Below are positions 1 to 10,050 of a stretch of DNA of 64,000 bases, one piece after another. The notes beneath the pieces are model-generated. The model was not told the DNA's origin. It was given only the letters and a program-made list of their open reading frames with translations, and did not search any database. The stretch is taken from positions 196,744-260,743 of the forward strand of contig CP129479.1 of the NCBI GenBank assembly GCA_030583865.1, in the 5' to 3' direction. Position numbers and translations under genes: made by a program. This DNA comes from Thermodesulfobacteriota bacterium (GTDB taxonomy: Bacteria > Desulfobacterota > GWC2-55-46). Every line of letters starts with the position of its first letter. The stretch's first letter is position 1.

Positions 1-267
<267 letters not shown>

Positions 268-428
268 CAGGCTGCTGAAAAAGTCGTTCTCCGTCGAAGT
301 GCTACGTCGCTCGTAACTCCGGCGTACACGAAAAGTACGCCTCATTCCTCGCTCCCCTGTTTAAACGGGGCCTCGCATCTGGAGCTTTTTGAGCAGCCTG
401 AATAAAAACGGAGTTTTTCAGCAAGCTG
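268..428 (+). repeat. Repeat family A, copy 1
   Basis: Starts 1 nt after the glnK stop: CAGGCTGCTGAAAAAGTC...CGGCGTACACGAAAAGTACGCCTCATTCCTCGCTCCCC...GAGCTTTTTGAGCAGCCTGAATAAAAACGGAGTTTTTCAG. Confidence 0.85.
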
Positions 429-462
429 CTAAGAAGAAAAAAGAGTAACCGAGGAGGAAAAA

Positions 463-1764
463 ATGAAAACCGTAATATACGCTCTTTTGGTCCTTGTTCT
501 GCTGCCGCTTGGGGCCGCTGCGGAGGAAGCGCCATCCATCGATACGGGAGACACGGCCTGGGTGCTCGTGTCCACGGCCTTCGTGCTCCTTATGACCGCG
601 CCCGGGCTCGCGTTATTCTACTCGGGCCTCGTGAGAAGGAAAAACGTCCTTTCAACGATAATGCAGAGCTTTGCCGCGCTCTCGATAGTGAGCATACAGT
701 GGGTGCTCTGGGGCTACAGCCTCTCCTTCGGCCCGGACCGCTGGGGCCTCATAGGCGGGCTCGAGCTCATCGGCCTCAATGGCGTCGGGCCCGAGCCTGG
801 AGGCTACGCGGCTACCATACCCCACCAGGCCTTCATGGTCTTCCAGATGATGTTCGCGGTCATAACCGTCGCCATAATAACCGGCGCTGTCGCGGAGAGG
901 ATGAAGTTTTCTGCCTTCGTTGCCTTCGCGCTCCTCTGGACGACCTTCGTCTACGACCCGCTCGCGCACTGGGTCTGGGGCGGCGGCTGGATAGGGAAGA
1001 TGGGAGCGCTGGATTTCGCGGGCGGCACCGTCGTTCACATAAGCTCGGGGGTGGCCGCGCTTGCAGCGGCCATTGTGACCGGGAGGAGAAAGGGATACGG
1101 GACCGACCTCATGCTGCCGCATAGCCTCCCGCTTACGCTAATCGGCGCCGGGCTTCTCTGGTTCGGCTGGTTCGGCTTCAACGCTGGTAGCGCACTCGGC
1201 GCGAACGGGCTTGCCGCGACCGCCTTCATGGTCACTAACACCGCGGCTGCAGCTGCGGCCCTCTCCTGGATGGCTGTCGAGTGGCTCCACAGGGGAAAGC
1301 CCACGCTCCTGGGCCTTGCCTCGGGCATAGTTGCAGGCCTGGTCGCGATAACGCCCGCAGCCGGCTTCGTGGGCCCGGTATCGTCGATATTTATCGGGCT
1401 TGCAGCCGGTGCGGTCTGTTATCTCGCGGTTACGCGGCTCAAGCCGCTCCTCGGATATGACGACTCGCTCGACGCCTTCGGCATCCACGGCGTCGGCGGC
1501 GTCTGGGGCGCTATCGCGACCGGCCTCTTTGCCTCGACCGCGGTGAATGCGGCCGGAGCTGACGGCCTTTTCTTCGGAGGGGCTGGGGCCGGGCTCCTTC
1601 TTAAACAGCTCATAGCGGTCGGCGCGAGCGCGGCCTACGCCTTTGTCCTCACATTCATAATCCTCAAGGCGCTCGACTGGGCGATCGGCCTCAGGGTCGC
1701 GGAAGAGGACGAGGTGCAGGGGCTCGATATCACCCAGCACAGCGAGAGCGGATATTCGCTTTAG
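463..1764 (+). CDS. amtB: Ammonium transporter Amt
   Basis: 433 aa with signal peptide and multiple TM segments. Amt-family motifs present ([22 protein letters not shown]). RBS GAGGAGG lies upstream of the ATG. Confidence 0.9.
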   Translation: MKTVIYALLVLVLLPLGAAAEEAPSIDTGDTAWVLVSTAFVLLMTAPGLALFYSGLVRRKNVLSTIMQSFAALSIVSIQWVLWGYSLSFGPDRWGLIGGLELIGLNGVGPEPGGYAATIPHQAFMVFQMMFAVITVAIITGAVAERMKFSAFVAFALLWTTFVYDPLAHWVWGGGWIGKMGALDFAGGTVVHISSGVAALAAAIVTGRRKGYGTDLMLPHSLPLTLIGAGLLWFGWFGFNAGSALGANGLAATAFMVTNTAAAAAALSWMAVEWLHRGKPTLLGLASGIVAGLVAITPAAGFVGPVSSIFIGLAAGAVCYLAVTRLKPLLGYDDSLDAFGIHGVGGVWGAIATGLFASTAVNAAGADGLFFGGAGAGLLLKQLIAVGASAAYAFVLTFIILKALDWAIGLRVAEEDEVQGLDITQHSESGYSL

Positions 1765-1780
1765 GGGCGCGGCTAAGCCT

Positions 1781-2428
1781 TCAGCCGTGGTTACGGGCCC
1801 TGGATATGAGCGCCGATATCGATGCCGCCTTGGCCTTTATGCTCGGCGCAAGGAGTATGTCGGATATAAGCGCGGCTGAACAGGCGCCGGATTCCAGGAC
1901 AGATACTATCGTTTCCCCTGTTATGCCGCCGATTGCGACCACCGGTATGTGCACGCTCGCGGAGACCTCCTTGAGCCCCGATAATCCCTTCGGCGTGTCC
2001 GCGTCTGTTTTAGTCCTTGTGGGGAATATGGGGCCGAACGAGATGTAGTCCGCTCCTCCGGCCTCGGCCTTTTTCGCCTCTTCGCGGTTGTGGGTGGATA
2101 CGCCTATTACCGAAGAGGGGAGGAGCCTCCTTGCGTCCTTCAGCGGTATGTCGTCCTGGCCGAGGTGCACCCCTTCGGCAGAGGCCATGAGGGCTATGTC
2201 GATCCTGTCGTTTACGATGAAGATGGCCCTTCCCGCAAGGGCCTTCCTCATCTCCAGCGCCGCCCTGAGCATGGCGCCGCTCGTTTCCCCCTTTGCCCGG
2301 AGCTGCACGATCCTTGCGCCGCCAGAGGCGAGCTCGTCAGCGCATTCGCCCGCCCTTTCAAGGCTCACGTAGGCCGAATCGACAATGGCGTACAGGCCCG
2401 AGATGAACGTGGGATGAGAGTTCTTCAT
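1781..2428 (-). CDS. thiE: Thiamine-phosphate synthase
   Basis: 215 aa with YAIVD...LRAK...VNDRIDIA...GVHLGQDD...GADYISFGPIFPTRTK...VVAIGGI motifs. Its start overlaps the upstream stop by 2 nt. Confidence 0.85.
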   Translation of the reverse strand: MKNSHPTFISGLYAIVDSAYVSLERAGECADELASGGARIVQLRAKGETSGAMLRAALEMRKALAGRAIFIVNDRIDIALMASAEGVHLGQDDIPLKDARRLLPSSVIGVSTHNREEAKKAEAGGADYISFGPIFPTRTKTDADTPKGLSGLKEVSASVHIPVVAIGGITGETIVSVLESGACSAALISDILLAPSIKAKAASISALISRARNHG

Positions 2429-3855
2429 CCTTTGAGCTTCCCCATGCTTATATCGAGCTCCCGTATCTTCTTCCGAAGGGTGTTCCTGTTTATGCCGAGC
2501 ATCTCCGCGGCCTGCACCTGGTTGCCCCTGGTCTTCTCCAGCACAAGCTTTATGAGGGGCCTTTCCATGTACGGCATGATGAAGGAGTAGAGCTCCTGCC
2601 TTGAGCGGTGGTCCGTCTTGTCGATGATGGGCCTCAGGCGCGCGGCAATCATGTCCTCGATGGACTCTTCCCTCCTTGCCCGCTTCTCCGGGAGGGCAAG
2701 GTCTTCGTCCTTGATGCTGACGCTCCGCGACATCAGGACGGCCCGCCTTACGGTGTTCTCAAGCTCACGGACGTTCCCGGGCCACTGGTAGGCCTCGAGC
2801 GCCTCGAGGGCGGATCCGTCGAACGACCTCGGCCCGCAGTTGAATTCCCTGCTGAACTTCTCGAGGAAGTGCTGCGAAAGCACCGCGACGTCTCCCCTCC
2901 GGTCGCGTAGCGGCGGAAGAGTAAGCGTTATGCCGTTGAGCCTGAACAGGAGGTCCTCCCTGAAGCCCCCCCCGGCAACGGCCTTTTCAAGGTCCTGGTT
3001 GGTGGCCGCTATTATCCGGACATCCACGCGCACCGGCTCCCTGCCGCCAACGCGGTAGAACTCCCTCTCCTGTATGACGCGCAGAAGCCGCGCCTGCAGG
3101 TCCGGGCTCATGTCGCCTACCTCGTCGAGAAAAAGGGTGCCTTTGTCGGCAAGCTCGAACTTCCCTTTTTTCGATTCGACAGCGCCGGTAAAGGCACCCT
3201 TTTCGAAGCCGAAGAGCTCGCTCTCCATGAGGTCCCTGGGCACTGCCGCGGTGTTTACGGCAACGAAGGGGCCCTCGGCCCTCGGGCTGTTCACGTGGAT
3301 GAGCCGCGCAAGCAGCTCCTTGCCCGTGCCGCTCTCGCCGAGGACGAGGACGGTAACGTCCCTCGCGGCGACCTTCCCGGCCTTCTTGAAGACCTCCTCC
3401 ACGGCCTTGCTCTTCCCGATGAAGACGGTCTCGTCCGAGAGCTTCTGGAGGAGCCTTTCCTTCAGGGTAGAGACCTTTTCCTTGAGCCTCGAGTTCTCGA
3501 TTGCCCGCTCGACAGTGAGCTCCACCTCGGCGAGGTCAAAGGGCTTGGTTATGTAGTCGAAGGCGCCGAGCTTCATGGCCTCGAGAGTGTTCTTCATGCT
3601 CGGCTCGGCGGTCATTATGATGAAGGAAGCGCCGAGGCCGGCTTCCCGCGCCTCTGTAAGGAGCTTCAAGCCGTCCTTGCCCGGCATGTTTATGTCAAGG
3701 AGGGCGAGAGAGACCTCCTGCCCCGAAAGTATCTTCCAGGCCTCGCCGCCGTCCGAGGCCCTGACCACATCAAGCCCCTTCTCCCTGAGAAACCTCTCCA
3801 GCACCCATAATACGCTCTCGTCGTCGTCCGCAACGAGCACCCTTTCCGCGCTCAT
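2425..3855 (-). CDS. Sigma-54-dependent response regulator (NtrC/NtrX-like): receiver, AAA+ and Fis HTH domains
   Basis: Receiver domain begins LVADDDESVLWVL. AAA+ domain has the Walker A motif GESGTGKE and the GAFTGA motif. C-terminal Fis-type HTH is present. Confidence 0.9.
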   Translation of the reverse strand: MSAERVLVADDDESVLWVLERFLREKGLDVVRASDGGEAWKILSGQEVSLALLDINMPGKDGLKLLTEAREAGLGASFIIMTAEPSMKNTLEAMKLGAFDYITKPFDLAEVELTVERAIENSRLKEKVSTLKERLLQKLSDETVFIGKSKAVEEVFKKAGKVAARDVTVLVLGESGTGKELLARLIHVNSPRAEGPFVAVNTAAVPRDLMESELFGFEKGAFTGAVESKKGKFELADKGTLFLDEVGDMSPDLQARLLRVIQEREFYRVGGREPVRVDVRIIAATNQDLEKAVAGGGFREDLLFRLNGITLTLPPLRDRRGDVAVLSQHFLEKFSREFNCGPRSFDGSALEALEAYQWPGNVRELENTVRRAVLMSRSVSIKDEDLALPEKRARREESIEDMIAARLRPIIDKTDHRSRQELYSFIMPYMERPLIKLVLEKTRGNQVQAAEMLGINRNTLRKKIRELDISMGKLKG

Positions 3856-4946
3856 CCCGCCCCCCTGTCCTCTACCGGGAGATAGACAAGGACCGAGGTG
3901 CCTTCTCCCTGCTCTGAAGCTATCTTCAAGTGACCGCCGTGCTCTTTGATTATTTTAAGGGTGATTGCCATGCCGAGGCCGCTCCCCCTGGGCTTTGTGC
4001 TGAAAAAGGGCGTAAAGACGTTTTCAAGGTCTTCGGGCTTTATCCCGCACCCGGTGTCCCGGACCTCTACGGATACCATGCGGCCCGTGCCGCCCTCGCC
4101 CATGTGGAATTCGGTTATGGCCCTTGTAGAGACGCTCACGATGCCGCTCTCCGAGACGGCCTCGATCGCGTTCTTTACCAGGTTGAGGAAGACCTGCTTG
4201 AGCTGCCCCTCGTCCCCGGCGACCTCCGGGATGCTCGGGTCGTAGCTCTTTACGAAGGCGCAGCGCCCTGCCCCCTCTCCGAGGAGGAGGACCACGGAGT
4301 CGAGCACCTGGTGTATGTTGACCGGCTTTTTAACGAGCCTGGCGGGCCTTGCGAAGTCGAGCATCTCGTTAAGTATGCCGTTCAGGCGGTCGGCCTCTTT
4401 TATGATCACTTCCATGTATTCGTTGAGGCCCTTGTCAGGGGCCTTCCTCGAGAGGAGCTGGGCGGCGCCCCTTATTCCGCTAAGCGGGTTTCTTATCTCG
4501 TGCGCGAGGTTTGCGGCGAAGGCGCCTATGTACGCGAGCCGCTCCTTCCGGAGGGCGCTCGTTTCGAGGGGCTTTATGCCCGAGAGGTCTTTCAATAACG
4601 CAACGGCCCCCCTCAGGCCGCCTTCGGGGTCGAAGACGAGGCTTGTGGTCACGCTCACCGGCAAGGCGTCGCCTGTGATCCTCCTCCAGAGCTTCTCTTC
4701 GTACTCGGCGAAGATGCGACCCTTGGCCAATGTTTCCCGGAGCATCTCGGCTATGCGCGGGTTCCGCTTTAAGCATGCGTCAAGCGGCTTGCCGAGCACA
4801 AAGGAACGCGAAAGCTCGGTCATCTTTTCAGCCGATTGGTTGAAGACGCAGACTTCCATGTCCGGGCCGACGGCGATCACGCCCTCGGCCAGGCTTTCGA
4901 GTATGTCTTCCAGGGAAAGCTGGGATGGGTGGGTAGTCATGCGCAC
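3852..4946 (-). CDS. Sensor histidine kinase (PAS-HisKA-HATPase; NtrB/NtrY-like)
   Basis: PAS region followed by an H-box (AHEIRNPLSGI) and N/G boxes (DTGCGI, GSGLGMAI). It overlaps the downstream response-regulator gene by 4 nt (ATGA). Confidence 0.85.
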   Translation of the reverse strand: MRMTTHPSQLSLEDILESLAEGVIAVGPDMEVCVFNQSAEKMTELSRSFVLGKPLDACLKRNPRIAEMLRETLAKGRIFAEYEEKLWRRITGDALPVSVTTSLVFDPEGGLRGAVALLKDLSGIKPLETSALRKERLAYIGAFAANLAHEIRNPLSGIRGAAQLLSRKAPDKGLNEYMEVIIKEADRLNGILNEMLDFARPARLVKKPVNIHQVLDSVVLLLGEGAGRCAFVKSYDPSIPEVAGDEGQLKQVFLNLVKNAIEAVSESGIVSVSTRAITEFHMGEGGTGRMVSVEVRDTGCGIKPEDLENVFTPFFSTKPRGSGLGMAITLKIIKEHGGHLKIASEQGEGTSVLVYLPVEDRGAG

Positions 4947-5077
4947 TCTGCCTATTTATTAGGCAATGATAGCAGGGCCGCTCTATAAACGCAACGGAAA
5001 ACAAGGGGATAGGGAATGGGACCCGGAGAAATGCAATAGTGATTGTTTTCTGTTCCTCCCGAAAGCATAATGTCTCC

Positions 5078-5482
5078 ATGCGCGAGATGTCCGCAGGAAT
5101 AATCATAAAGGACAAGAAGGTGCTCCTCGTACATAACGTGAAGCACGGGCTGAGGGTCGAGCCTCCGGGCGGAAAAAAACTGTCAGACGAGGGCTGGGAG
5201 GAATCGGTCACGAGGGAGATACGGGAAGAGCTCGGGGCGGAGGTGCGGGTCACAGGGCTGTTCGGCGAATACAGGACCCATTCGCCCGAGGGGGATTTCA
5301 TTGTCAGGATGTATTTCTGCGAAATAGTTTCCGGAGTACCCAGGATAATGGAGCCGGAAAAAATACCCTCATTCGGGTGGTATTCCCTTGAAGACCTGAA
5401 AAGGCTCTCAAGCGAGGGCACGCTCGTCCCTAACATGCGTCTTGCCCTGGACGATTTTGAGGGCCTCTTGTCCGGGAAATAA
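5078..5482 (+). CDS. NUDIX hydrolase
   Basis: Nudix box REIREELGAEV. The ORF is GTG-initiated at 5039 and the first in-frame ATG is at 5078. A rho-independent terminator follows directly. Confidence 0.75.
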   Translation: MREMSAGIIIKDKKVLLVHNVKHGLRVEPPGGKKLSDEGWEESVTREIREELGAEVRVTGLFGEYRTHSPEGDFIVRMYFCEIVSGVPRIMEPEKIPSFGWYSLEDLKRLSSEGTLVPNMRLALDDFEGLLSGK

Positions 5483-5486
5483 AAAA

Positions 5487-5515
5487 GCCCCGCCTTGAAG
5501 GCGGGGCTTTTTTTA
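5487..5515 (+). terminator. Rho-independent terminator (GCCCCGCC-loop-GGCGGGGC followed by T7)
   Basis: Perfect 8-bp GC stem followed by TTTTTTT, immediately after the NUDIX stop codon. Confidence 0.85.
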
Positions 5516-5517
5516 TG

Positions 5518-5612
5518 AGCTGGGTGTTGAAAAAACACCCCGCTAATCAATCAACGGATGGACTGCAAAACTGCGAAGACCATCCAGGTCGAGCAATTTG
5601 CGAGGCTTGGAC
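5518..5612 (+). repeat. Repeat family C, copy 1 (~90 bp structured element starting with the GGGTGTTGAAAAACACCC hairpin)
   Basis: About 85% identical to 9286..9367. Contains an inverted repeat CAAATTGC...GCAATTTG. Confidence 0.8.
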
Positions 5613-5737
5613 TAGATTCTCCGAGGCGCTCGCCAAGCAACGCGCGGAAAGGACCCGAGGCCCCTTTCCGCCTGTTTGCCTGTGGTTCCAATCTGCCCGG
5701 GAGCCCGGCTTTTTGCCAGGCCCTGAACCGGCCTGCG

Positions 5738-6292
5738 TCAGTAGGACTGGCCGGTCTGCCCGGCGTCGCCGCTCATGGTGCCGCCGGCAGCGCCGCCGCC
5801 CGTGGTTCCGCCGTCCATTGCACCCTCACCGCCCGGCATACCTGCAAGCTGCGAATCCACGCTCGCGCGTATGTCGCTGCCGAGGTCGGCAGGGTCGGCC
5901 ACCTCGCCCTCGCGGGCCTGCACCTGGTCGCGGAGCGTCTGTGAGACCATGTCATGGGCGTCGGTATCAGAGAGCCCCCTCTGCATGGCGCTGCTCATGC
6001 TGGCGAGAACGTCCCTAAGGCAAGGGCCGGTGCAGTCGTTGTCAACGGCCGTCTTGGCCAGGTCAGATACGGCCTGGGGGTCCGCGTCGTGCTGGGCGAA
6101 CTCGTTAAGCTGGGGCTCTATTGCGTCGATGTCGGCCTGGGAGAGATCGGTGTTTTCCTGTATCTGCGTCTTGAACTTCTCTACGTCCGCTCCGGCGCCG
6201 GTCCTCTCGCCGGCAGCGTAGGCGGAAGGTGCGGCAACGGCTAATACCAAGCCAAAAGCTGCAGCCAGTCGGAAGAAATTGCTTTTCCTCAT
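5738..6292 (-). CDS. Secreted hypothetical protein (signal peptide; Asp/Gly-rich)
   Basis: Starts MRKSNFFRLAAAFGLVLAVAAPSAYA (signal peptide). RBS GAGGGGGG lies upstream. No recognisable domain. Confidence 0.6.
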   Translation of the reverse strand: MRKSNFFRLAAAFGLVLAVAAPSAYAAGERTGAGADVEKFKTQIQENTDLSQADIDAIEPQLNEFAQHDADPQAVSDLAKTAVDNDCTGPCLRDVLASMSSAMQRGLSDTDAHDMVSQTLRDQVQAREGEVADPADLGSDIRASVDSQLAGMPGGEGAMDGGTTGGGAAGGTMSGDAGQTGQSY

Positions 6293-6378
6293 TTCTGCCC
6301 CCCTCTTTTTAAAGTTGCTGGTTTTTATGCCGCATATAAAAAAGTATATACCAGCATCGGAGGGCGTCAAGGGAGGGC

Positions 6379-6651
6379 TTACGGATTGCCGCGTTTTTCC
6401 TTTTCTTCCATGCTGTCGTAGCCGTAAAAAAGGAAGTATACCAGTACCCCGGCCAGGGTTATGAACATGAATATGCCGTTTGAGGTGGCATACCAGAGGA
6501 CCCCGCCCGCGATTCCAACTATGAAACCAATCCAGTTCAGGGTCTTTACCGTGCCCGGGTCCATCTTCTTCACCAACCGGTCGGCGTACTTGTAGACGAG
6601 TATCATGGCGACTACCACGCCTACCGTTATCATGAAGCCGGTTATGGACAT
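6379..6651 (-). CDS. Small 2-TM membrane protein (hypothetical)
   Basis: 90 aa with two hydrophobic helices. Begins 13 nt downstream of the mtnA stop, so probably co-transcribed. Confidence 0.5.
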   Translation of the reverse strand: MSITGFMITVGVVVAMILVYKYADRLVKKMDPGTVKTLNWIGFIVGIAGGVLWYATSNGIFMFITLAGVLVYFLFYGYDSMEEKEKRGNP

Positions 6652-6664
6652 AAGCAGCCTTTCG

Positions 6665-7699
6665 TCATTTAAAAAGCGCCTTGAGACCCTTCTTATAAGG
6701 GGCCCGCACGACGCCCTTCTCGGTTATTATGCCGGTTACGAGCCTTGCGGGCGTGACGTCGAATGCGGGGTTTCTTACGCCCACGCCCTTCGGGGCTATC
6801 CGCCTCTTCTGTATGTGCGTTACCTCCGAAGGGTCCCTCTCCTCGATGGGGATGAGGTCGCCGTGCGGGGTCTTCAGGTCGATGGTAGAGAGCGGGGCCG
6901 CCACATAGAACGGGATGCCGTGCTCCCTCGCGAGCACCGCGACCGTGTAAGTGCCTATCTTGTTGGCAACGTCCCCGTTCGCGGCTATCCTGTCCGCGCC
7001 GACCACGACCGAGCCTATGAGCCCTTTTTGCATCATGTAGCCGGCCATGTTGTCGGTTATCAGGGTCACGTCTATCCCGTCCTTCTTTAGCTCCCATGCG
7101 GTAAGCCTTGCGCCCTGCAGGAAAGGCCTGGTCTCGTCCGCATATACCTTTATCTTTTTCTTCTGCTCGATAGCGCCCCTTATGACGCCGAGAGCGGTCC
7201 CGTACCCGGCGGTCGCAAGCGCCCCTGCATTGCAATGAGTAAGGACGGCGGAGCCGCTCTTTAGAAGCCTCCCCCCGTGCTTGCCGATAAGTCGGTTTAT
7301 CTCGATATCCTCCCTGTGCATCGTCAAGGCCTCCTTGACGAGCCTCTTCTTGAGTGCCGGCACATCCAGGCCCGGGGAGGATTCCACGACCCCCCTCATC
7401 CGCTCTATCGCCCAGAAGAGGTTCACGGCCGTGGGCCGGGCCGAGGCGATCAGCCCGGTTGCCTTGTCGAACTCCTTCCTGAAGGCCTTCATTCCCCCGG
7501 CCTTTATCCCGAGGGCGCCGAGGGCCGCGCCCATTGCCGCGGCAACGCCTATTGCCGGGGCGCCCCGGACCACCATGTCCTTTATGGCCCCGGCAACGTC
7601 CTTGTGCGAGCGGTATCTCCTGTAAACTTCTTTTTCGGGAAGGAGCCGCTGGTCTATCATCACAACGGAATTGTCCTTCCACTCCACTGTCTTGAACAT
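6665..7699 (-). CDS. mtnA: S-methyl-5-thioribose-1-phosphate isomerase (eIF-2B family)
   Basis: 344 aa. MtnA/eIF2B-family motifs present ([34 protein letters not shown]). Confidence 0.8.
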   Translation of the reverse strand: MFKTVEWKDNSVVMIDQRLLPEKEVYRRYRSHKDVAGAIKDMVVRGAPAIGVAAAMGAALGALGIKAGGMKAFRKEFDKATGLIASARPTAVNLFWAIERMRGVVESSPGLDVPALKKRLVKEALTMHREDIEINRLIGKHGGRLLKSGSAVLTHCNAGALATAGYGTALGVIRGAIEQKKKIKVYADETRPFLQGARLTAWELKKDGIDVTLITDNMAGYMMQKGLIGSVVVGADRIAANGDVANKIGTYTVAVLAREHGIPFYVAAPLSTIDLKTPHGDLIPIEERDPSEVTHIQKRRIAPKGVGVRNPAFDVTPARLVTGIITEKGVVRAPYKKGLKALFK

Positions 7700-7712
7700 C
7701 GCATTCTCCTAT

Positions 7713-7863
7713 CAGGCTGCTCAAAAAGTCCATCTGCTTCGTTGTCTTCGTCGCTCGTCACTGCGGCGTATACAAAAAATACGCCTCATTCCTCGCTTCT
7801 CGACGCCTCGCATCTGGAGCTTTTTGAGCAGCCTGAATGTGGTTTGAGTTTTTCAGCTAACTG
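7713..7863 (+). repeat. Repeat family A, copy 2 (~150 bp; terminal inverted repeats CAGGCTGCTCAAAAAG / CTTTTTGAGCAGCCTG)
   Basis: Fills the gap between the moeA stop (7869) and the mtnA RBS/start (7699). Internal hairpin CGGCGTATAC...TACGCC. Confidence 0.85.
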
Positions 7864-7868
7864 CCATA

Positions 7869-9107
7869 TCAAAAGGCGGGGACAGCGCTTCCGAGGACTG
7901 TCTCGTCAAATGGCTGCACCTGTACGGTCTCTCCGGCCCTGAACCCCTCCCCGCCCTCCGGGACTATGATAAAGGAGTTTGCCCTGACCATGGTGGATAT
8001 CATGCCCGAGCCCTGGCCGTCAAGCGGGGTGGCGGCAAAGCCTTTTTCCTCGAGAAAGAGCTCGGCCCTTATGAAGTTCATCCTGCCGGGCTTGATCTTC
8101 AGGTCTTTCGTAATGCGCGCCTTGATCGCCCGCCTGAAAAGGTCCTTCCTTCCGGACATCTTGAGAAGAGATGGCCTCACAAACTGCTCGAAAGCCACCA
8201 TCGACGAGACCGGGTTCCCGGGGAGCCCGAAGGCGGGCTTTCCGCCGATAACGCCGAAGGCGAGGGGCTTTCCAGGCTTCATGGCCACCTTCCAGAATAT
8301 CATCGACGAGCCCATCTCCTTCAAGACGTCCTTTACGAAGTCGTAATCGCCGACCGAGACGCCGCCCGAGGACACGATGCAGTCCGAAGACATCGCGGCC
8401 TCGAGCCTTTCGCGAAGGCTCTCCCTCGTGTCCCGCGCTATCCCGAGCTGGACCGGCGCCGCACCTGCGGCCTTTACGAGCGCCGAGAGTGCGTAGCCGT
8501 TGCTGTTCGTTATCTTCCCGAAGCCCGGAGCCTCGAATATGTCCGAGAGCTCGTCGCCCGTCGATATGACGGCCACGCGGGGCCTTTTGTGAACGAAGAC
8601 GAATGGCACGCCGACCGTGGCGAGCATACTCACCTCCGAGGGGCGGATGAGCGCGCCTCTCCCAATGACGGTCTCGCCCGCCTTGAAGTCCTCGCCCTGG
8701 CGCCTTATGTTATCGCCGGGCCGGGCCTGGGCCTTTACGAGTACGTACCCTTCGCCCGGCTCGGTCCTCTCGACCATTATTACCGAGTCCGCGCCCTGAG
8801 GCACGGGCGCGCCGGTCATTATGCGGACAGCGGACCCTCCCGCGACCGGCTCCCCGGGCGTCTGGCCCGCCGGAAGGTCGTAGAGCACCTTGAGCCTGAC
8901 GGGCTTTTCCGGCGAAGCGCCGGAGGTGTCGGCAGCGCGTAGCGCGTAGCCGTCCATGGCGGAGTTGTCCCACGGGGGATTTCCGCCCCTGGCCTTTATG
9001 TCCTCCCCGAGCACCCTGCCGAGCGCCTCCTCAACAGGGACGCTCTCTACACCGAGCGGCCTTATTTCCCTGAGTATGGTCTCGAGGGCTTCTCTTACGG
9101 AGATCAT
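7869..9107 (-). CDS. moeA: Molybdopterin molybdenumtransferase
   Basis: MoeA-family motifs present (SAMDGYA, RIMTGAPVP, GGVSVGDYD, KPGKP). Start taken at MISVREALE. Confidence 0.85.
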   Translation of the reverse strand: MISVREALETILREIRPLGVESVPVEEALGRVLGEDIKARGGNPPWDNSAMDGYALRAADTSGASPEKPVRLKVLYDLPAGQTPGEPVAGGSAVRIMTGAPVPQGADSVIMVERTEPGEGYVLVKAQARPGDNIRRQGEDFKAGETVIGRGALIRPSEVSMLATVGVPFVFVHKRPRVAVISTGDELSDIFEAPGFGKITNSNGYALSALVKAAGAAPVQLGIARDTRESLRERLEAAMSSDCIVSSGGVSVGDYDFVKDVLKEMGSSMIFWKVAMKPGKPLAFGVIGGKPAFGLPGNPVSSMVAFEQFVRPSLLKMSGRKDLFRRAIKARITKDLKIKPGRMNFIRAELFLEEKGFAATPLDGQGSGMISTMVRANSFIIVPEGGEGFRAGETVQVQPFDETVLGSAVPAF

Positions 9108-9122
9108 GACATACCCTTTCAA

Positions 9123-9260
9123 GGCAACTCTCAAAAATTGATCTTTTCCCCGGACTCTTTGTCATGCCTGGAATAAAAATGCTCGCATATTGCCATATAT
9201 GCTCCGCTTTTTATTCCCGGCCTTTTATTGCGGGAAGATCTGCAATTTTTAGAGGTTGCC
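9123..9260 (+). repeat. Repeat family B, copy 1 (~138 bp near-perfect palindromic MITE/ERIC-like element)
   Basis: TIRs GGCAACTCTCAAAAATTGATC / AATTTTTAGAGGTTGCC. Inner inverted repeat GGAATAAAAA...TTTTTATTCC. Lies upstream of the moeA start. Confidence 0.9.
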
Positions 9261-9285
9261 TCAATTTAATCATAGCAGGGTGTTG

Positions 9286-9367
9286 AAAAACACCCTGCTA
9301 TGCAATCCACGGATGGATTGCCAAATTGCGAAGACTATCCAAGTCGAGCAATTTGTGAGGCTTGGAC
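9286..9367 (+). repeat. Repeat family C, copy 2
   Basis: GGGTGTTGAAAAACACCC hairpin plus conserved downstream segment. Matches copy 1 at 5518..5612. Confidence 0.8.
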
Positions 9368-9531
9368 GTATTCATTCCGGCCAAGCCGTAGTTGAAAAAA
9401 TCCAGGAAGGACTTTTTCAACATCCTGATAGTGTAAAACATATCACCATAAGGCTTGCGTGTAAATGGGTAAGAAGATACAGAAGGGCCAGGGAGAGACA
9501 CACTGCTCGAAGGCAGATCAAAAAGAGCTTT

Positions 9532-10050
9532 AACGCGCTGCCGCGCTTTTTGGGCATGAGGCTCCCCTCCATCCTCCGGGCTCGGCTCTTATGTCGCTCG
9601 GCCTTTGCCCTCGCTCCTGCTGCCCCGCCTCGCCCGTCCCTCCTCCATCCCTATGTCCGCTCCGCCTTATGCCCGGGGTTGTTTTAAATGCAAAAACAAA
9701 AGTGCTGTGAGATTTTTTATCTTTAACAAACCCCGGAGGGTAAGGCGAGCGCTGCATAAAGGAGGAAGAGCGTGAACGGGCCGGGAAAGCAGAACTAGGC
9801 CCTTCCCCTTCGTTTCACTCGCTCAGGGTAAACTCCGCGACTTCAGGGGCCCGTTGGAGATTACCGGCATTCCGCCGGGAATCTCCAACGCAAGAGGAAG
9901 ATTTCCGTATTTACATCCGCTCGCTCGACCCAGAAAAAACTCCTGGGTCTCTGCTCTGGTTTTGTGTGTTCACGGGGTGGGGGAGGGGCTGGCAAGCGAG
10001 CCTTACCCCCGGACCGCGCGGAAGCGCGGAAAAGGTCTTTCGTTTCGCGT
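9532..10050 (-). repeat. Repeat family D, copy 1 (~520 bp, internally palindromic with an AT-rich centre; carries a nested ~110-bp mini-insertion)
   Basis: Reverse complement aligns with 33262..33642 along most of its length. Extra segment relative to copy 2 maps to ~9862..9972, with its own inverted-repeat ends (CGTTGGAGATT at 9862..9872 / AATCTCCAACG at 9890..9900). Confidence 0.8.

Noticed and set aside
6693-7733. 346-aa Arg/Gly-rich ORF on the minus strand overlapping mtnA in another frame
   Set aside because: It is an alternative frame of a high-GC gene and its composition is low-complexity (RGRP repeats). mtnA in the other frame has clear family motifs.
9170-9215. Sigma54-like TGGCAA-N6-GAGCA motif on the minus strand inside B-element loops
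   Set aside because: The GG/GC spacing is correct in copies B1 and B5 only. The GG dinucleotide is mutated in B2, B3 and B4, so this is likely a coincidence of the palindromic core.
9256-9687. 143-aa ORF spanning repeat C2 and the start of D1
   Set aside because: It lies entirely within repeat elements that recur elsewhere as non-coding sequence. It has no RBS and no conserved reading frame between copies.
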